This document shows, one piece after another, positions 46,661-56,762 of a DNA stretch of 64,000 nt. The notes under the pieces are model-generated. The model worked only from the letters and a program-made list of their open reading frames with translations, had not been told where the DNA came from and made no database searches. Source of the DNA: Planctomycetota bacterium (lineage in GTDB: Bacteria > Planctomycetota > UBA8108 > SXIK01). The stretch covers positions 2,176,001-2,240,000 of the forward strand of contig CBDCXR010000004.1 in NCBI GenBank assembly GCA_965223845.1. Reading direction: 5' to 3'. Within the stretch, counting starts at the first letter, position 1, and each line of letters opens with the position of its first letter. Both the position numbers and the translations under genes were made by a program.

Positions 46661-47059
46661 CTAGGCCGAGCTCTGACGTTCTTTCATATCGGCGTACGCG
46701 GCATCGATCAAACGAAGCAGCGCCCGTTCATCGATAGAACGCTCCGGTCTCAGCTTTACGTGGCGCATGAACCTACCGGTTCCTTCCAGTAGGCCGTCCG
46801 GATCGGCGATCTCCGCGCCGTGAAAGAACCCGACGTTGACGTGCGCTGTAAACGCGTTCACGTACGCGAACGCGGCATCCTCGACACAGGCGGTCGGATG
46901 GCCGTCGTGGAGGATCTCGCGCACGTCGTCTCCGCGCTCACGCAAGACTTCGAACCAGCGCCGCGCGATCGCCCCCAACTCGTCGTCGTGCTGCCTCATC
47001 CAGCGCTCGATCGCAGGATCTCGCCGGACCGCACCGGCGAATCGGAAGAGTCGACTCAT
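46661..47059 (-). CDS. DUF1801 (YdhG-like) domain protein
   Basis: HDGHPTACV, HVNVGFFHGA, DP.GLLEGTG.FMRHVKL. Confidence 0.85.
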   Translation of the reverse strand: MSRLFRFAGAVRRDPAIERWMRQHDDELGAIARRWFEVLRERGDDVREILHDGHPTACVEDAAFAYVNAFTAHVNVGFFHGAEIADPDGLLEGTGRFMRHVKLRPERSIDERALLRLIDAAYADMKERQSSA

Positions 47060-47084
47060 CGCGGGCTCCGGTGCGCGAACGAGC

Positions 47085-49601
47085 TCACTCCCGTACGGGA
47101 GAGAACAGCGCGTTGAGAAGTAGGCGAAGCGAGTTCCCCGTCCAGCCGCGAAAATACGGCCGAAACCCGAAGAGCACCCATTCGCCGGCGGCGCCTTCTC
47201 GGCGGTACGTGGCGAGCAAACTCGCACCGATGCTATCGCCCGCGGCGAAACGCCGGGGTGCGCAGCGGCGAGAGTTTCCCGAGAGGCGCAGCACTGCGCG
47301 CGATAACGGAGACGCCGGCGGTGTCCACAGGACTCCCCCCTGAACGAAGACGTCGAATCCGCGATCGTATCCCCAGAGCAGCGCATCGCGAGCTCGAGAA
47401 GAGAACGGCACGGCAGAAGAAACCTCGACCATGACGCCAGGAAACGCGTCCGACTCGAGGGAGACCTCCGCGAGCGGCAGATCGCACGTCGTCGCCATCC
47501 AGCGAGATGCCCGTCCGAAGCTGACGACGCGTGCGCCGGATGCCACGGCGGACTCGATCTGAAGACGAAGCTCGGGACGTGGCCGACGGAGCGTTCCTTC
47601 AGCGGCGAGAAGGACTACCGGTCCCCCGCGAGTCTCGCGCGCGAACGAATCCGCGGGGACCGCGAGCTCCTCGATGTCGAGGTGGCGAAAACGTACCCCC
47701 GCGTCCTCGAGCACCCAGCGCAGCCAGCCTTCGTCCTTCGCGGGTCGCGTCCCCCGGAGGACGTAGACGTCCGGATAGCGAAATGCGCGCGTCACGTCAC
47801 TCGACCCGACGAGCACCAGTTCCTCGGCGGTCAGCTCCCTCGCGTCCGATCCGTCGTCGACGATCCGCTCGATCCACGACGAGTCGGGGCCGCGAAGGAG
47901 GAAGTCTCCCGGACGCACCAGGTCTTCGAAGTCGTTCACGGCGTCGACGACACGCTCGATCCGCGCCCCCGCTTCGATGAGATCGGCGAGCTCGGCGTAG
48001 AACGCGATGGAGCGCGGTGTGACGACCCACGCACCGCCACGCGCGCGGACGTCCGGGGACACGGTTCGCAGCGTCCCCGGTGGCGGCGTCGCCCGCGCGG
48101 CTCCGAGTGCAGATTCATTCACGCCCGTTTCACTCGATTGAATCACTCGCGTTTCGACTCCGGCGAAGTGAGCGAGATCGTGGACGCTCGAATCGTACGG
48201 CGACGAATTGAACGTCGTTCGCCCGTCGCGGTCGCTCTCGTCGCCGGACGGCGCGGGCGGATACGGGATGCAAGTAAGGAGCGACCGTGTCCAGCCGATC
48301 CCCTCGACCGGATCGCGGACCTCGTAGAGATCACGTCCTTTCGCTCGCACCCGTGCGCCCCCGAAACGGAGCGCCCCGAGAAGATCGTCGACGACGCGCG
48401 GATCCGCTTTCCCGGCAGAGATCTCCACCGCTTCGGATTGTGCACGCGCCGTCGCGCGATGCCGATCGCGCGCGCGGCGCGGATCGCCGTCGAGCATCGC
48501 GGCGAGGGCGGCGACCGTGGCGTCCTCGAGAAGAGCGATCGTCTGGGGCATCCCCCAGAGACCTCCGCGCCAAGGGTAAGGATGATCGGGAGTCGCATCG
48601 TTCCCGCGACCGAAGACCCAGAGCTCGCGCTCGTGGACCGCACGGCTGAAGACCCAGCGCGCCGATGCCGCTTCGACGAGGAAGCGGAGTCCTCCGTGGT
48701 AGAGGGGGTACGCGCGCGCGGGCGTCCACGCGTCGTACACCCATCGGCGTGCGATCCCGCGGTGCCCGCGCGAGGAGAGATCCGTAAGGACCGCGCCACC
48801 GATGCGATCGAGCTCCGCGAGAAGGTCCGGCGCGACCGAAGGATCGACCGGATCGGCATAGGGCGGAACGAAGAGGCGCGGGCCGAGGGCGCCCGTCTGA
48901 TGAAGGTCGATGGTGATCCACGGGCGAAGCGGGCGGTGAATTCGCGCCACGAGCGCGCGGACTTCCGCCTGCGTGCCGACGATCCAATCGCGATTGAGAT
49001 CGTGTCCCGTATAGCGATGGCTGAGAACGGGCAGCGAACGCGCGCGCCGCCCAGCGCCGCGAAGCCACTCCGCTACGCGGTCGGTGCCGTCGGGATTCAC
49101 CGTCGGTACGACGATCGTCACCGCGCGTCGGCGAAGCTCGTCGAGTGCGGACTCCTCGCTCGAGACGAGACGATGGAGAATCGGGAGAGACGCCGGACTC
49201 GATGCGACCTCGCTCGGGTGGATGCCACAGGTGATGAGAACGACGAGAGGATCGCCGGGGTCTCCGGCTCGAACGGCGTCGAGCCGACCGGGCTCGGCAA
49301 TGAGGATCCCCCAGAGTGGTCGCCCCTCGGTCGAGATCCCGTAACGGAACAGCGTCGCCCGCGGAGAGTTCGCCGCGAGCTGCGCGGAGTATCCGAGGAG
49401 CTCGGAAACGCCGAGGATCGAACCGGACGCCGCCGGGTCAACGCCCAGGACCTCGGCGGGCGGCGCGACGTCCCCCGCGGCGGCCGACGGCCGGAACGCG
49501 CACACGAACGCGCATGCGAGCAGCACCGCGCGGCGCAGCCCGCCCGTGCGGTGGGGAGGGTGTCGGTGCGGCGGTCCGAGCCCGCCTTCGATCGAGGTCA
49601 C
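47085..49601 (-). CDS. Secreted M14-family zinc carboxypeptidase-like protein with C-terminal GATase-like domain
   Basis: G.STEGRP, IHPSE (HxxE), NPDG, DLNRD, DLHQ, DEGWLRWVLE; GTG start overlaps the uvrA stop. Confidence 0.85.
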   Translation of the reverse strand: MTSIEGGLGPPHRHPPHRTGGLRRAVLLACAFVCAFRPSAAAGDVAPPAEVLGVDPAASGSILGVSELLGYSAQLAANSPRATLFRYGISTEGRPLWGILIAEPGRLDAVRAGDPGDPLVVLITCGIHPSEVASSPASLPILHRLVSSEESALDELRRRAVTIVVPTVNPDGTDRVAEWLRGAGRRARSLPVLSHRYTGHDLNRDWIVGTQAEVRALVARIHRPLRPWITIDLHQTGALGPRLFVPPYADPVDPSVAPDLLAELDRIGGAVLTDLSSRGHRGIARRWVYDAWTPARAYPLYHGGLRFLVEAASARWVFSRAVHERELWVFGRGNDATPDHPYPWRGGLWGMPQTIALLEDATVAALAAMLDGDPRRARDRHRATARAQSEAVEISAGKADPRVVDDLLGALRFGGARVRAKGRDLYEVRDPVEGIGWTRSLLTCIPYPPAPSGDESDRDGRTTFNSSPYDSSVHDLAHFAGVETRVIQSSETGVNESALGAARATPPPGTLRTVSPDVRARGGAWVVTPRSIAFYAELADLIEAGARIERVVDAVNDFEDLVRPGDFLLRGPDSSWIERIVDDGSDARELTAEELVLVGSSDVTRAFRYPDVYVLRGTRPAKDEGWLRWVLEDAGVRFRHLDIEELAVPADSFARETRGGPVVLLAAEGTLRRPRPELRLQIESAVASGARVVSFGRASRWMATTCDLPLAEVSLESDAFPGVMVEVSSAVPFSSRARDALLWGYDRGFDVFVQGGVLWTPPASPLSRAVLRLSGNSRRCAPRRFAAGDSIGASLLATYRREGAAGEWVLFGFRPYFRGWTGNSLRLLLNALFSPVRE

Positions 49602-52600
49602 GGCGCACCGCTCCGCGCGGCAGCCGCGTCGAAGACCCGACGAAGACACTCCCCCGTCCGGCTCCCCTCGCTTCGAGCGATCTCCGCGGGAGGTCCGTAC
49701 GCGACGATCCGCCCCCCCTCCTCGCCGGCCCCCGGCCCGAGGTCGATCACCCAATCCGCCGAAGCGATGACATCGAGGTTGTGCTCGATGACGACCACCG
49801 TCTGCCCGCGGTCGACAAGCGCCTGGAGCACGTCGAGCAGAGCGCGGACGTCTTCGAAGTGGAGCCCGGTTGTCGGCTCGTCGAGGACGAAGACACCCTC
49901 TCGGCGCGAACGATTCGATAGTTCCGCGGCGAGCTTGACGCGCTGAGCCTCCCCGCCGGAGAGCGTCGTCGCGGGCTGTCCGAGCTTGACGTAGCCGAGG
50001 CCCACCTCCTGCAGACAGCCGAGGATGCGGCGGCAGGCAGGATGCTCGGAAAAGAGCTCCGCCGCCTCGTCGACCTCGAGATCGAGCACGTCACCGATGC
50101 TCTTTCCGCGGTAGCGAACCGCTAGCGTCTCGGAATCGTAGCGCTTTCCGCGGCAGACCTCGCACTTCACCCACACGTCCGAAAGGAACTGCATGTCGAT
50201 GAACCGGACTCCGAGTCCTTCGCACGCGACGCAGCGGCCGGCGGGGACGTTGAAGCTGAAGCGGCTCGCGTTGAAGCCCTTGACGCGCGCCAGCGGCAGT
50301 CCGGCGTAGAACTCGCGAACGCGATCCCACACCCCCGTGTAGGTCGCGGGATTCGACCGCGGCGATCGGCCGATCGGATTCTGGTCGACGACGCAGAGCC
50401 GCAGAATCCCTTCGAGGCCGTCGACCCGCGCACCGCCGGTCTCGGGTCGCGGCAGATTGCGCGCGACGCTCGCGGCGAACACGTCGAGAACGAGCGATGA
50501 CTTACCGGAGCCGGAGACTCCCGCAACGACGGTGAATCGCTGACGCGGGATGTCGATCGAAACATCGCGCAGGTTGTGAAGCCGCGCTCCGCGGATCGAG
50601 AACTGCGCCTCGGCGGGCCCTCTCTCGACGCGGCGCACCGCGCTCTCCTCCGCCCGGAGGAAGCGCGCCGTCGAGCTCGAAGCGTCACGGATGACATCGT
50701 CCGGCGTGCCTGCAGCGACGACCTCTCCGCCGCGATACCCGGCTCCGGGACCGAGCTCGATCAAGTGATCGGCGCGACGCATCACATCGGCGTCGTGCTC
50801 GACGACGAGAACGGTGTTCCCGAGCGACCGCAGCTCTTCGAGAGTCGCGAGCAGGCGCTCCGTGTCCGCGGGATGGAGTCCGACGGTCGGTTCGTCGAGG
50901 ACGTAGAGAACGCCGGAGAGTCGACTGCCGAGCTGCGAGGCGAGACGGATGCGCTGCGCCTCGCCGCCGGAAAGCGTGTCCGCGGTACGGTCGAGGGTGA
51001 GATAGTCGAGGCCGACGTCGGCGAGGAACCGGAGCCGACCGCGAAGCTCGTCGAGTACTTGCTCGACGACCTTCGCGTCGCGTGGGGACAGCTCGAGCGC
51101 GGAGAGGAACTCACGCGCGTCCGAGATCGTCATCGCCGTGAAGTCCCAAACGTTCTTCCCGCGGATGCGTACGGCGAGAAACTCCGGGCGGAGTCTTCCT
51201 CCGCCGCACGCAGAGCAGACGCCCTCGACGAAGAGCCCGCGGAGTGCCGATGCCGCGTCGCCGAGCGTGCCGAGTCGCTCCCACCGCTCGAGCGATCCGA
51301 CGAGTCCCTCCCACGTCACGTCGACGACCGAGCCGCTCTCGATGGGAAGGGACACGGTCTCGGTGCCCTCGCCGTAAAGAACGGCCGCGCGATCGGCGTG
51401 CGAGTACTCCGCGAACGACACCTGAGTGAGGTCGCGCGCTTCGAGGATCGCCCGCAAGGCCCTGAGCACAGCCGGACGAAAATGTTCGAGGAACTTCGAG
51501 TAGACCGGATCGAGCGCGTCCGGGAGCGTCTTCGTCCCCCACGGCACGGCGCGATCGGGATCGACTCGGTTCTCGCGGCCGAGTCCGCCGCAGCGCTCGC
51601 AGCATCCTTGGTGGCTGTTGAACGAGAACGAACGGGGGGTCACTTCGCGCTCGAGCACGAACCCGCAGCGCCGGCACGTCGGGACTGTCGTGTACATCGC
51701 CGGCGCGCGATCGCCCACCCGCACCGCCGCGCGCCCGCGCCCGTGCTCGAACGCGCTCTCGAGCGAGCTCGCGAGCCGGGACTGAGCGCGCTCACCGGCG
51801 ACGACACGGTCGACGACGATGCAGAGGGGGTCCGTCGACGCACCGCCCTCGCGTTCGGCGTCGGATCGCACGGCGGCGAGGAGTCGACGCGCCGGCCGGT
51901 CTCCCTCCTCGTCGAGGCGGACCTCCTCCCCTCCGGCGATGACTCGCGTGAAGCCACTCTTCACCAGCACGGTGATCCAGCGGCGGACGTCATCGAGCTG
52001 CCCGCCGCTCTCGGCGCCGTCGTCCCAGCCGCTCGTCGGCGCGAGCACGTAGAGACGCTCGCCACCTTCCTCCTCGACGAGTGTCGCCGCGAGTCGCGTC
52101 GGACTCGTCCAGTCGAGAGCTTCTGCACAGTCGGGGCACTCCGGCGTCCCGATCCGCGCGAACAGGATTCGCACGAAGTCGTAGATCTCCGTGATGGTCG
52201 CCACGGTCGAGCGCGGATTGGCGCGCACCGACTGCTGATCGATCGCGATCGCCGGCGAGAGCCCCTGGATGCGCTCGATCGCCGGCGAGTGCATCTGCCC
52301 GAGAAAGCGCCGCGCGTACGTCGACAGCGACTCGATGTACCGCCGTTGTCCTTCGGCGAAGATCGTATCGAGCGCGAGGGAGGTCTTGCCGGACCCTGAT
52401 ACTCCCGTCACGACCGTCAGACGGCCGCGCGGGATCGTGACGTCCACGCCCTTCAGATTGTGCTCCGACGCGCCGGTGACGACGAGATCGCCGGCGAGGC
52501 CCTCCGCCGGAGGCGCGTTCTCCGTCGTGAGTCCGCGCTTCTTCGCGGCGCGCGATTCGTCTCCGGAGAGGACCGCGCGGAGGTAGGCGCCGGTGTGCGA

Positions 52601-55333
52601 AGCATCGACACGCGCGACCTCCTCCGGCGTCCCGGTCGCCACGACGCTCCCGCCGCGATCGCCCGCACCGGGTCCGAGATCGATCACGTGATCGGCGACC
52701 TTGATGACGTCCAGATTGTGCTCGATCACGATCACCGAGTTCTTGCGGTCGACGAGCGCCTGAAGCGCGTCGAGAAGTCGCTGGATATCCTCGAAGTGAA
52801 GCCCCGTCGTCGGCTCATCGAGAACGTAGAGAGTCCGGCCGGTGGCGCGACGACGGAGTTCGGCGGCGAGCTTGATTCGCTGCGCTTCTCCGCCCGAGAG
52901 CGTCGTCGCCGGCTGGCCGAGTTGAACGTAATCGAGTCCGACGGCGCGCAAGGGCTCGAGTGCGCGTCGGATCTTCGGGTGGTCGGCGAAGAATTCGAGT
53001 GCCTCGGCGATCGTGAGCGACAGAACGTCCGCGATCGATTTCCCGCGGTAGAGAATCTCGAGCGTCTCTCGGTTGTAGCGCCGGCCGGCGCAGGCATCGC
53101 ACTCGATCTCGACCGAGGCGAGGAGCTGGAGATCGGCGACCTGCACTCCCGCGCCGCCGCACTCGAGACAGCGTCCGCCGTCCTTGTTGAAACTGAACCG
53201 CCCGGCCTTGTATCCGCGCGCGCGCGCTTCCGGAACGAGGGCGAAGAGGTCGCGAATGAGTCCGAACGCCTTCACGTAGGTCGCGGGATTCGAACGAGGA
53301 CTGCGCCCGATCGGCGCTTGATCGATGAGAATCACCTTGTCGATGTTCGAGTAGCCCTTGAGCGAACGGTGCCGCCCGATCGTAGTTCGCGAACCGAGGC
53401 GCGCACGGAGTGCGCGATGGAGGATCCCGAGCACGAGCGAGCTCTTGCCCGAACCGGACACGCCGGTGACGGCGACGAAGCGCTCGAGCGGAATGGTGAC
53501 GTCGATCTCGCGAAGATTGTTCTCGGCGGCGCCGTAGATCTCGAGGCTGGCTTCTGAAGGACCGCGACGATCGCTCGGGATCGGGATCTCCGCCTCGCCG
53601 GAGAGGTACCGCCCCGTGATCGAACGCGCCTCGGCGGCGACGGTCTCGAAGGTGCCCGCCGCCACGATCTCGCCGCCCCCCCGTCCCGCACCCGGGCCGA
53701 CGTCGACGAGGTGGTCCGCGCGCGCCATGGTGTCCCGGTCGTGCTCGACGACGATGAGAGTGTTTCCGAGGTCGCGCAGCGCACCGAGGGTCTCGAGCAA
53801 GCGCTCATGATCGCGCGGGTGAAGTCCGATCGACGGTTCGTCTAGGACGTAAAGGACTCCTTGGAGTCCCGCACCGAGCTGGCTCGCGAGTCGGAGGCGC
53901 TGACTTTCGCCGCCCGAGAGCGTCGCGGCGCGACGGCTCGTGCTCAGGTACCCGAGGCCGACATCCCGAAGGTAGCGGAGGCGAACGGCGAGGTCGCGCC
54001 GGATCGGCGCGGCGATCGCGGACGCGGTCTCGTCGAGCTCGAGCCCGGCGAGCCACGACTCGAGCTCGCTGAGCGGGAGTCCGCTGACATTGGTGATCGT
54101 GCGGCCGGAGACACGGACGGAGCGAGCCGCCGGCGCGAGCCGTTCCCCGTCGCACGACTCGCAGTCGAGAACGCGCGCGTAGGGGGACACCCACTTGTCA
54201 CCGGCGTCGAGCGCCTGAGTGAGCACCGGCACCCAGCCGCGATAGTCGATACCGTCGCCGTGGAGAACGGCGCGGCGCGCGTCCTCGTCGAGGTCACTCC
54301 AACTCGAGCGGATGGTAAACCCGAGTCGCTCACCGAGACGTGCGAAGCCGGCGTCATCCAGATCGCGATTCGCGAAGACACCGCGCCGAGTCATGAAGTC
54401 GAGGCCGCCGTTCGCGAAAGGAAGCGACGGATTGGCGACGAGCGCGTCGGGATCGATCCTCTCGACGCGACCGAGCCCGTCACAGCCGGGACATTTTCCG
54501 TGCGCGGAGTTGAACGAGAAGAGTCGCGGCTCGAGCTCGGGTAGATCGATGCCGCAGTCGGGACACGCGTAGCGGCTCGAGTACGTCTCGACGAGACGCG
54601 GAGCTCCCGAGTCGTCGAGCTCGTGAATCGCGACTCGCCCGTCGCCGATCGCGATGCAGTTCTCGACCGCTTCCGCAAGGCGCGCGCGCGTATCCCCACC
54701 GACGACGAGTCGATCGTAGACGATATCGATCGAATGACGACTCCGGCCGTCGATGTCGAGCGGCGCATCCGACATCGTCACGAGCTCGCCGTCGAGGATC
54801 AGCCGGCGGAGCCCGTCGCGCCGGAGCGCTTCGAGCTCGCTTCGATGCTCGCCGCGCCGATCGCGCACGAGCGGCGCGCAAACGAGCACGCGACGGCCTG
54901 GCGCCGCGTGAAGTAAGCGGAGCACGATCTGATCCGGCCCTTGGCTCGAGACCGGACGCTCGCACCGCGGGCAGTGCGGCTCTCCGGCGCGCGCGTAGAG
55001 GAGGCGCAGGTAGTCGTACACCTCGGTGATCGTGCCGACGGTCGAGCGCGGATTCCGGCTCACCGTCTTCTGGTCGATGGACACCGCCGGCGACAGGCCC
55101 TCGATCCACTCGACGTCGGGTCGCTCCATCGCGTCGAGAAAGTAGCGGGCGTACGCCGGGAGCGATTCGAGGAAGCGCCGCTGCCCCTCCCGGAAGATCG
55201 TATCGAAGGCGAGGCTCGACTTTCCGGATCCGCTCACACCGGTGAACACGTTCAGCGCCTGCCGAGGCAGATCGACCGAAACGTGCTTCAAGTTGTGCTC
55301 AGACGCTCCGCGGACGCGGATCCACTCGGTCAT
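49598..55333 (-). CDS. uvrA: Double-length excinuclease ABC subunit A (tandem UvrA-UvrA, 1911 aa)
   Basis: Four Walker A (GVSGSGK), four LSGGE, four DEP(S/T)xGLH, multiple CxxC zinc fingers. Confidence 0.96.
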   Translation of the reverse strand: MTEWIRVRGASEHNLKHVSVDLPRQALNVFTGVSGSGKSSLAFDTIFREGQRRFLESLPAYARYFLDAMERPDVEWIEGLSPAVSIDQKTVSRNPRSTVGTITEVYDYLRLLYARAGEPHCPRCERPVSSQGPDQIVLRLLHAAPGRRVLVCAPLVRDRRGEHRSELEALRRDGLRRLILDGELVTMSDAPLDIDGRSRHSIDIVYDRLVVGGDTRARLAEAVENCIAIGDGRVAIHELDDSGAPRLVETYSSRYACPDCGIDLPELEPRLFSFNSAHGKCPGCDGLGRVERIDPDALVANPSLPFANGGLDFMTRRGVFANRDLDDAGFARLGERLGFTIRSSWSDLDEDARRAVLHGDGIDYRGWVPVLTQALDAGDKWVSPYARVLDCESCDGERLAPAARSVRVSGRTITNVSGLPLSELESWLAGLELDETASAIAAPIRRDLAVRLRYLRDVGLGYLSTSRRAATLSGGESQRLRLASQLGAGLQGVLYVLDEPSIGLHPRDHERLLETLGALRDLGNTLIVVEHDRDTMARADHLVDVGPGAGRGGGEIVAAGTFETVAAEARSITGRYLSGEAEIPIPSDRRGPSEASLEIYGAAENNLREIDVTIPLERFVAVTGVSGSGKSSLVLGILHRALRARLGSRTTIGRHRSLKGYSNIDKVILIDQAPIGRSPRSNPATYVKAFGLIRDLFALVPEARARGYKAGRFSFNKDGGRCLECGGAGVQVADLQLLASVEIECDACAGRRYNRETLEILYRGKSIADVLSLTIAEALEFFADHPKIRRALEPLRAVGLDYVQLGQPATTLSGGEAQRIKLAAELRRRATGRTLYVLDEPTTGLHFEDIQRLLDALQALVDRKNSVIVIEHNLDVIKVADHVIDLGPGAGDRGGSVVATGTPEEVARVDASHTGAYLRAVLSGDESRAAKKRGLTTENAPPAEGLAGDLVVTGASEHNLKGVDVTIPRGRLTVVTGVSGSGKTSLALDTIFAEGQRRYIESLSTYARRFLGQMHSPAIERIQGLSPAIAIDQQSVRANPRSTVATITEIYDFVRILFARIGTPECPDCAEALDWTSPTRLAATLVEEEGGERLYVLAPTSGWDDGAESGGQLDDVRRWITVLVKSGFTRVIAGGEEVRLDEEGDRPARRLLAAVRSDAEREGGASTDPLCIVVDRVVAGERAQSRLASSLESAFEHGRGRAAVRVGDRAPAMYTTVPTCRRCGFVLEREVTPRSFSFNSHQGCCERCGGLGRENRVDPDRAVPWGTKTLPDALDPVYSKFLEHFRPAVLRALRAILEARDLTQVSFAEYSHADRAAVLYGEGTETVSLPIESGSVVDVTWEGLVGSLERWERLGTLGDAASALRGLFVEGVCSACGGGRLRPEFLAVRIRGKNVWDFTAMTISDAREFLSALELSPRDAKVVEQVLDELRGRLRFLADVGLDYLTLDRTADTLSGGEAQRIRLASQLGSRLSGVLYVLDEPTVGLHPADTERLLATLEELRSLGNTVLVVEHDADVMRRADHLIELGPGAGYRGGEVVAAGTPDDVIRDASSSTARFLRAEESAVRRVERGPAEAQFSIRGARLHNLRDVSIDIPRQRFTVVAGVSGSGKSSLVLDVFAASVARNLPRPETGGARVDGLEGILRLCVVDQNPIGRSPRSNPATYTGVWDRVREFYAGLPLARVKGFNASRFSFNVPAGRCVACEGLGVRFIDMQFLSDVWVKCEVCRGKRYDSETLAVRYRGKSIGDVLDLEVDEAAELFSEHPACRRILGCLQEVGLGYVKLGQPATTLSGGEAQRVKLAAELSNRSRREGVFVLDEPTTGLHFEDVRALLDVLQALVDRGQTVVVIEHNLDVIASADWVIDLGPGAGEEGGRIVAYGPPAEIARSEGSRTGECLRRVFDAAAARSGAP

Positions 55334-55590
55334 GCTGGCGATTCGACTCTCCTACGACTCACCGCCCGTCCACTCCGATTTCGCCCCCGTCGCGGAGTCC
55401 GAGGGGGAGACTCGACCCATCTCGAGATTCTAACCCGGATTCGTTCCGAGGTTCGGTGAAGGGAATGATTGCGCGTTTCGACTCGCCCGAGCGAGCCGTC
55501 GACGTTGACGAAGGATTCACCGAAGACTCGAGACACAGAGGCCACCGGACGCGGCGCATCGCATCGCCGCTCGCTGCGCGTCGGATCGAC

Positions 55591-56682
55591 TCAACGTAAG
55601 ACCACCGAAGGAGAGGCTTCCCGCTCGTGCCGCGCGATCGCGTGCGCGATCAGTCCGGTGAAAAGCTCCTCGAGCGACAAGCCCGCGCGCGACGCCGCGA
55701 GCGGGACGAGCGATGTCTCGGTCATGCCCGGAAGCGTGTTCACCTCGAGAACGATCAGCTTTTCGGCCGACGTGACAAAGAGGTCGACCCGCGAGAGCGG
55801 AGCACAGCCGAACAGGCGGTGCGCGCGGACGCAAAGCTCCTCCACCGCGGCCGTGCTCGCCGCGGAGATCGGTGCCGGGCAAAGCTCTTCGGTCGCGCCC
55901 GGCGTGTACTTGGCGTGGTAGTCGAAGAACTCGCGCTCGCGCGGGCGGAGCTCGATCGGCGGGAGCGCCCGGGCCCGATCGTCGATCTCCACCACCGCGC
56001 AGCTCAGCTCGCGTCCCTCGACGAGCGACTCGACGAGGATCGCGTCTCCGTTCGCGGTGGTCGGCCAGCTCGCGACGAGCTCGTCCGCCCCGTCGAGGAG
56101 CTCGCTGGGAGTCGCGAAGACACCGATCCCGACGCTCGAGCCGAGCCGATTCGGCTTGAGCACCCAGGGGAAGGGAACCTGAGCGGCGAAGCCGCGCACC
56201 CGATCCTCCCAATCGAGCGCGACCCGCTCGTACGGAGGAATGACGAACCAGGGTGGAGTCGGAATCCCTGCGGACTCCATCGCCCTCTTCGACAGCGCCT
56301 TATCCATCGTCACCGCCGCGGCGACGCCTTCGGGACCCGTCACGGGGAGGCCGGCGATCCGAAGGAAGCCCTGAATCGTACCGTCTTCTCCGATCGGACC
56401 GTGGAGCGCGTTGAAGACGACCTCGACGCCCTCCTCACTCAGTCGCGCCGCTCCCGCGAGCGCCTCGCACCTCGGGTGGTCCTGCCACGAACCGTCTCCG
56501 ATCGAGTCGAAACCACCCGGCACGACCCACGACCCGTCGGCGCAGATCTCGACCGGCTTGACGTCGCAGCTCGGCTCGAGTCGTCTCGCGACCGTCGCGC
56601 CGGTCGCCATCGACACCTCGCGCTCTCCGGACGGTCCACCCATGAGCACGCTCACACGGAAGCGTCGTTCCGGAGTCGCCAT
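55591..56682 (-). CDS. ddl: D-alanine--D-alanine ligase
   Basis: GGPSGEREVS, LHGPIGEDG, MDK, KP..GSSVG, FFDYHAKY, RVD, EVNTLPGMT..SL.P. Confidence 0.95.
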   Translation of the reverse strand: MATPERRFRVSVLMGGPSGEREVSMATGATVARRLEPSCDVKPVEICADGSWVVPGGFDSIGDGSWQDHPRCEALAGAARLSEEGVEVVFNALHGPIGEDGTIQGFLRIAGLPVTGPEGVAAAVTMDKALSKRAMESAGIPTPPWFVIPPYERVALDWEDRVRGFAAQVPFPWVLKPNRLGSSVGIGVFATPSELLDGADELVASWPTTANGDAILVESLVEGRELSCAVVEIDDRARALPPIELRPREREFFDYHAKYTPGATEELCPAPISAASTAAVEELCVRAHRLFGCAPLSRVDLFVTSAEKLIVLEVNTLPGMTETSLVPLAASRAGLSLEELFTGLIAHAIARHEREASPSVVLR

Positions 56683-56762
56683 CTCTTCGCTCCTCGAATC
56701 GTCTCTTCACCGTACCCGCGCCCCATCCCCGGCGGGACGCGCGGTTCCCGATTCGCGCGGCC

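Noticed and set aside
5773-56176. KOPS polarity converging on the dif-like site
   Set aside because: Octamers spotted by eye occur in both orientations on both sides; not usable without a full count.
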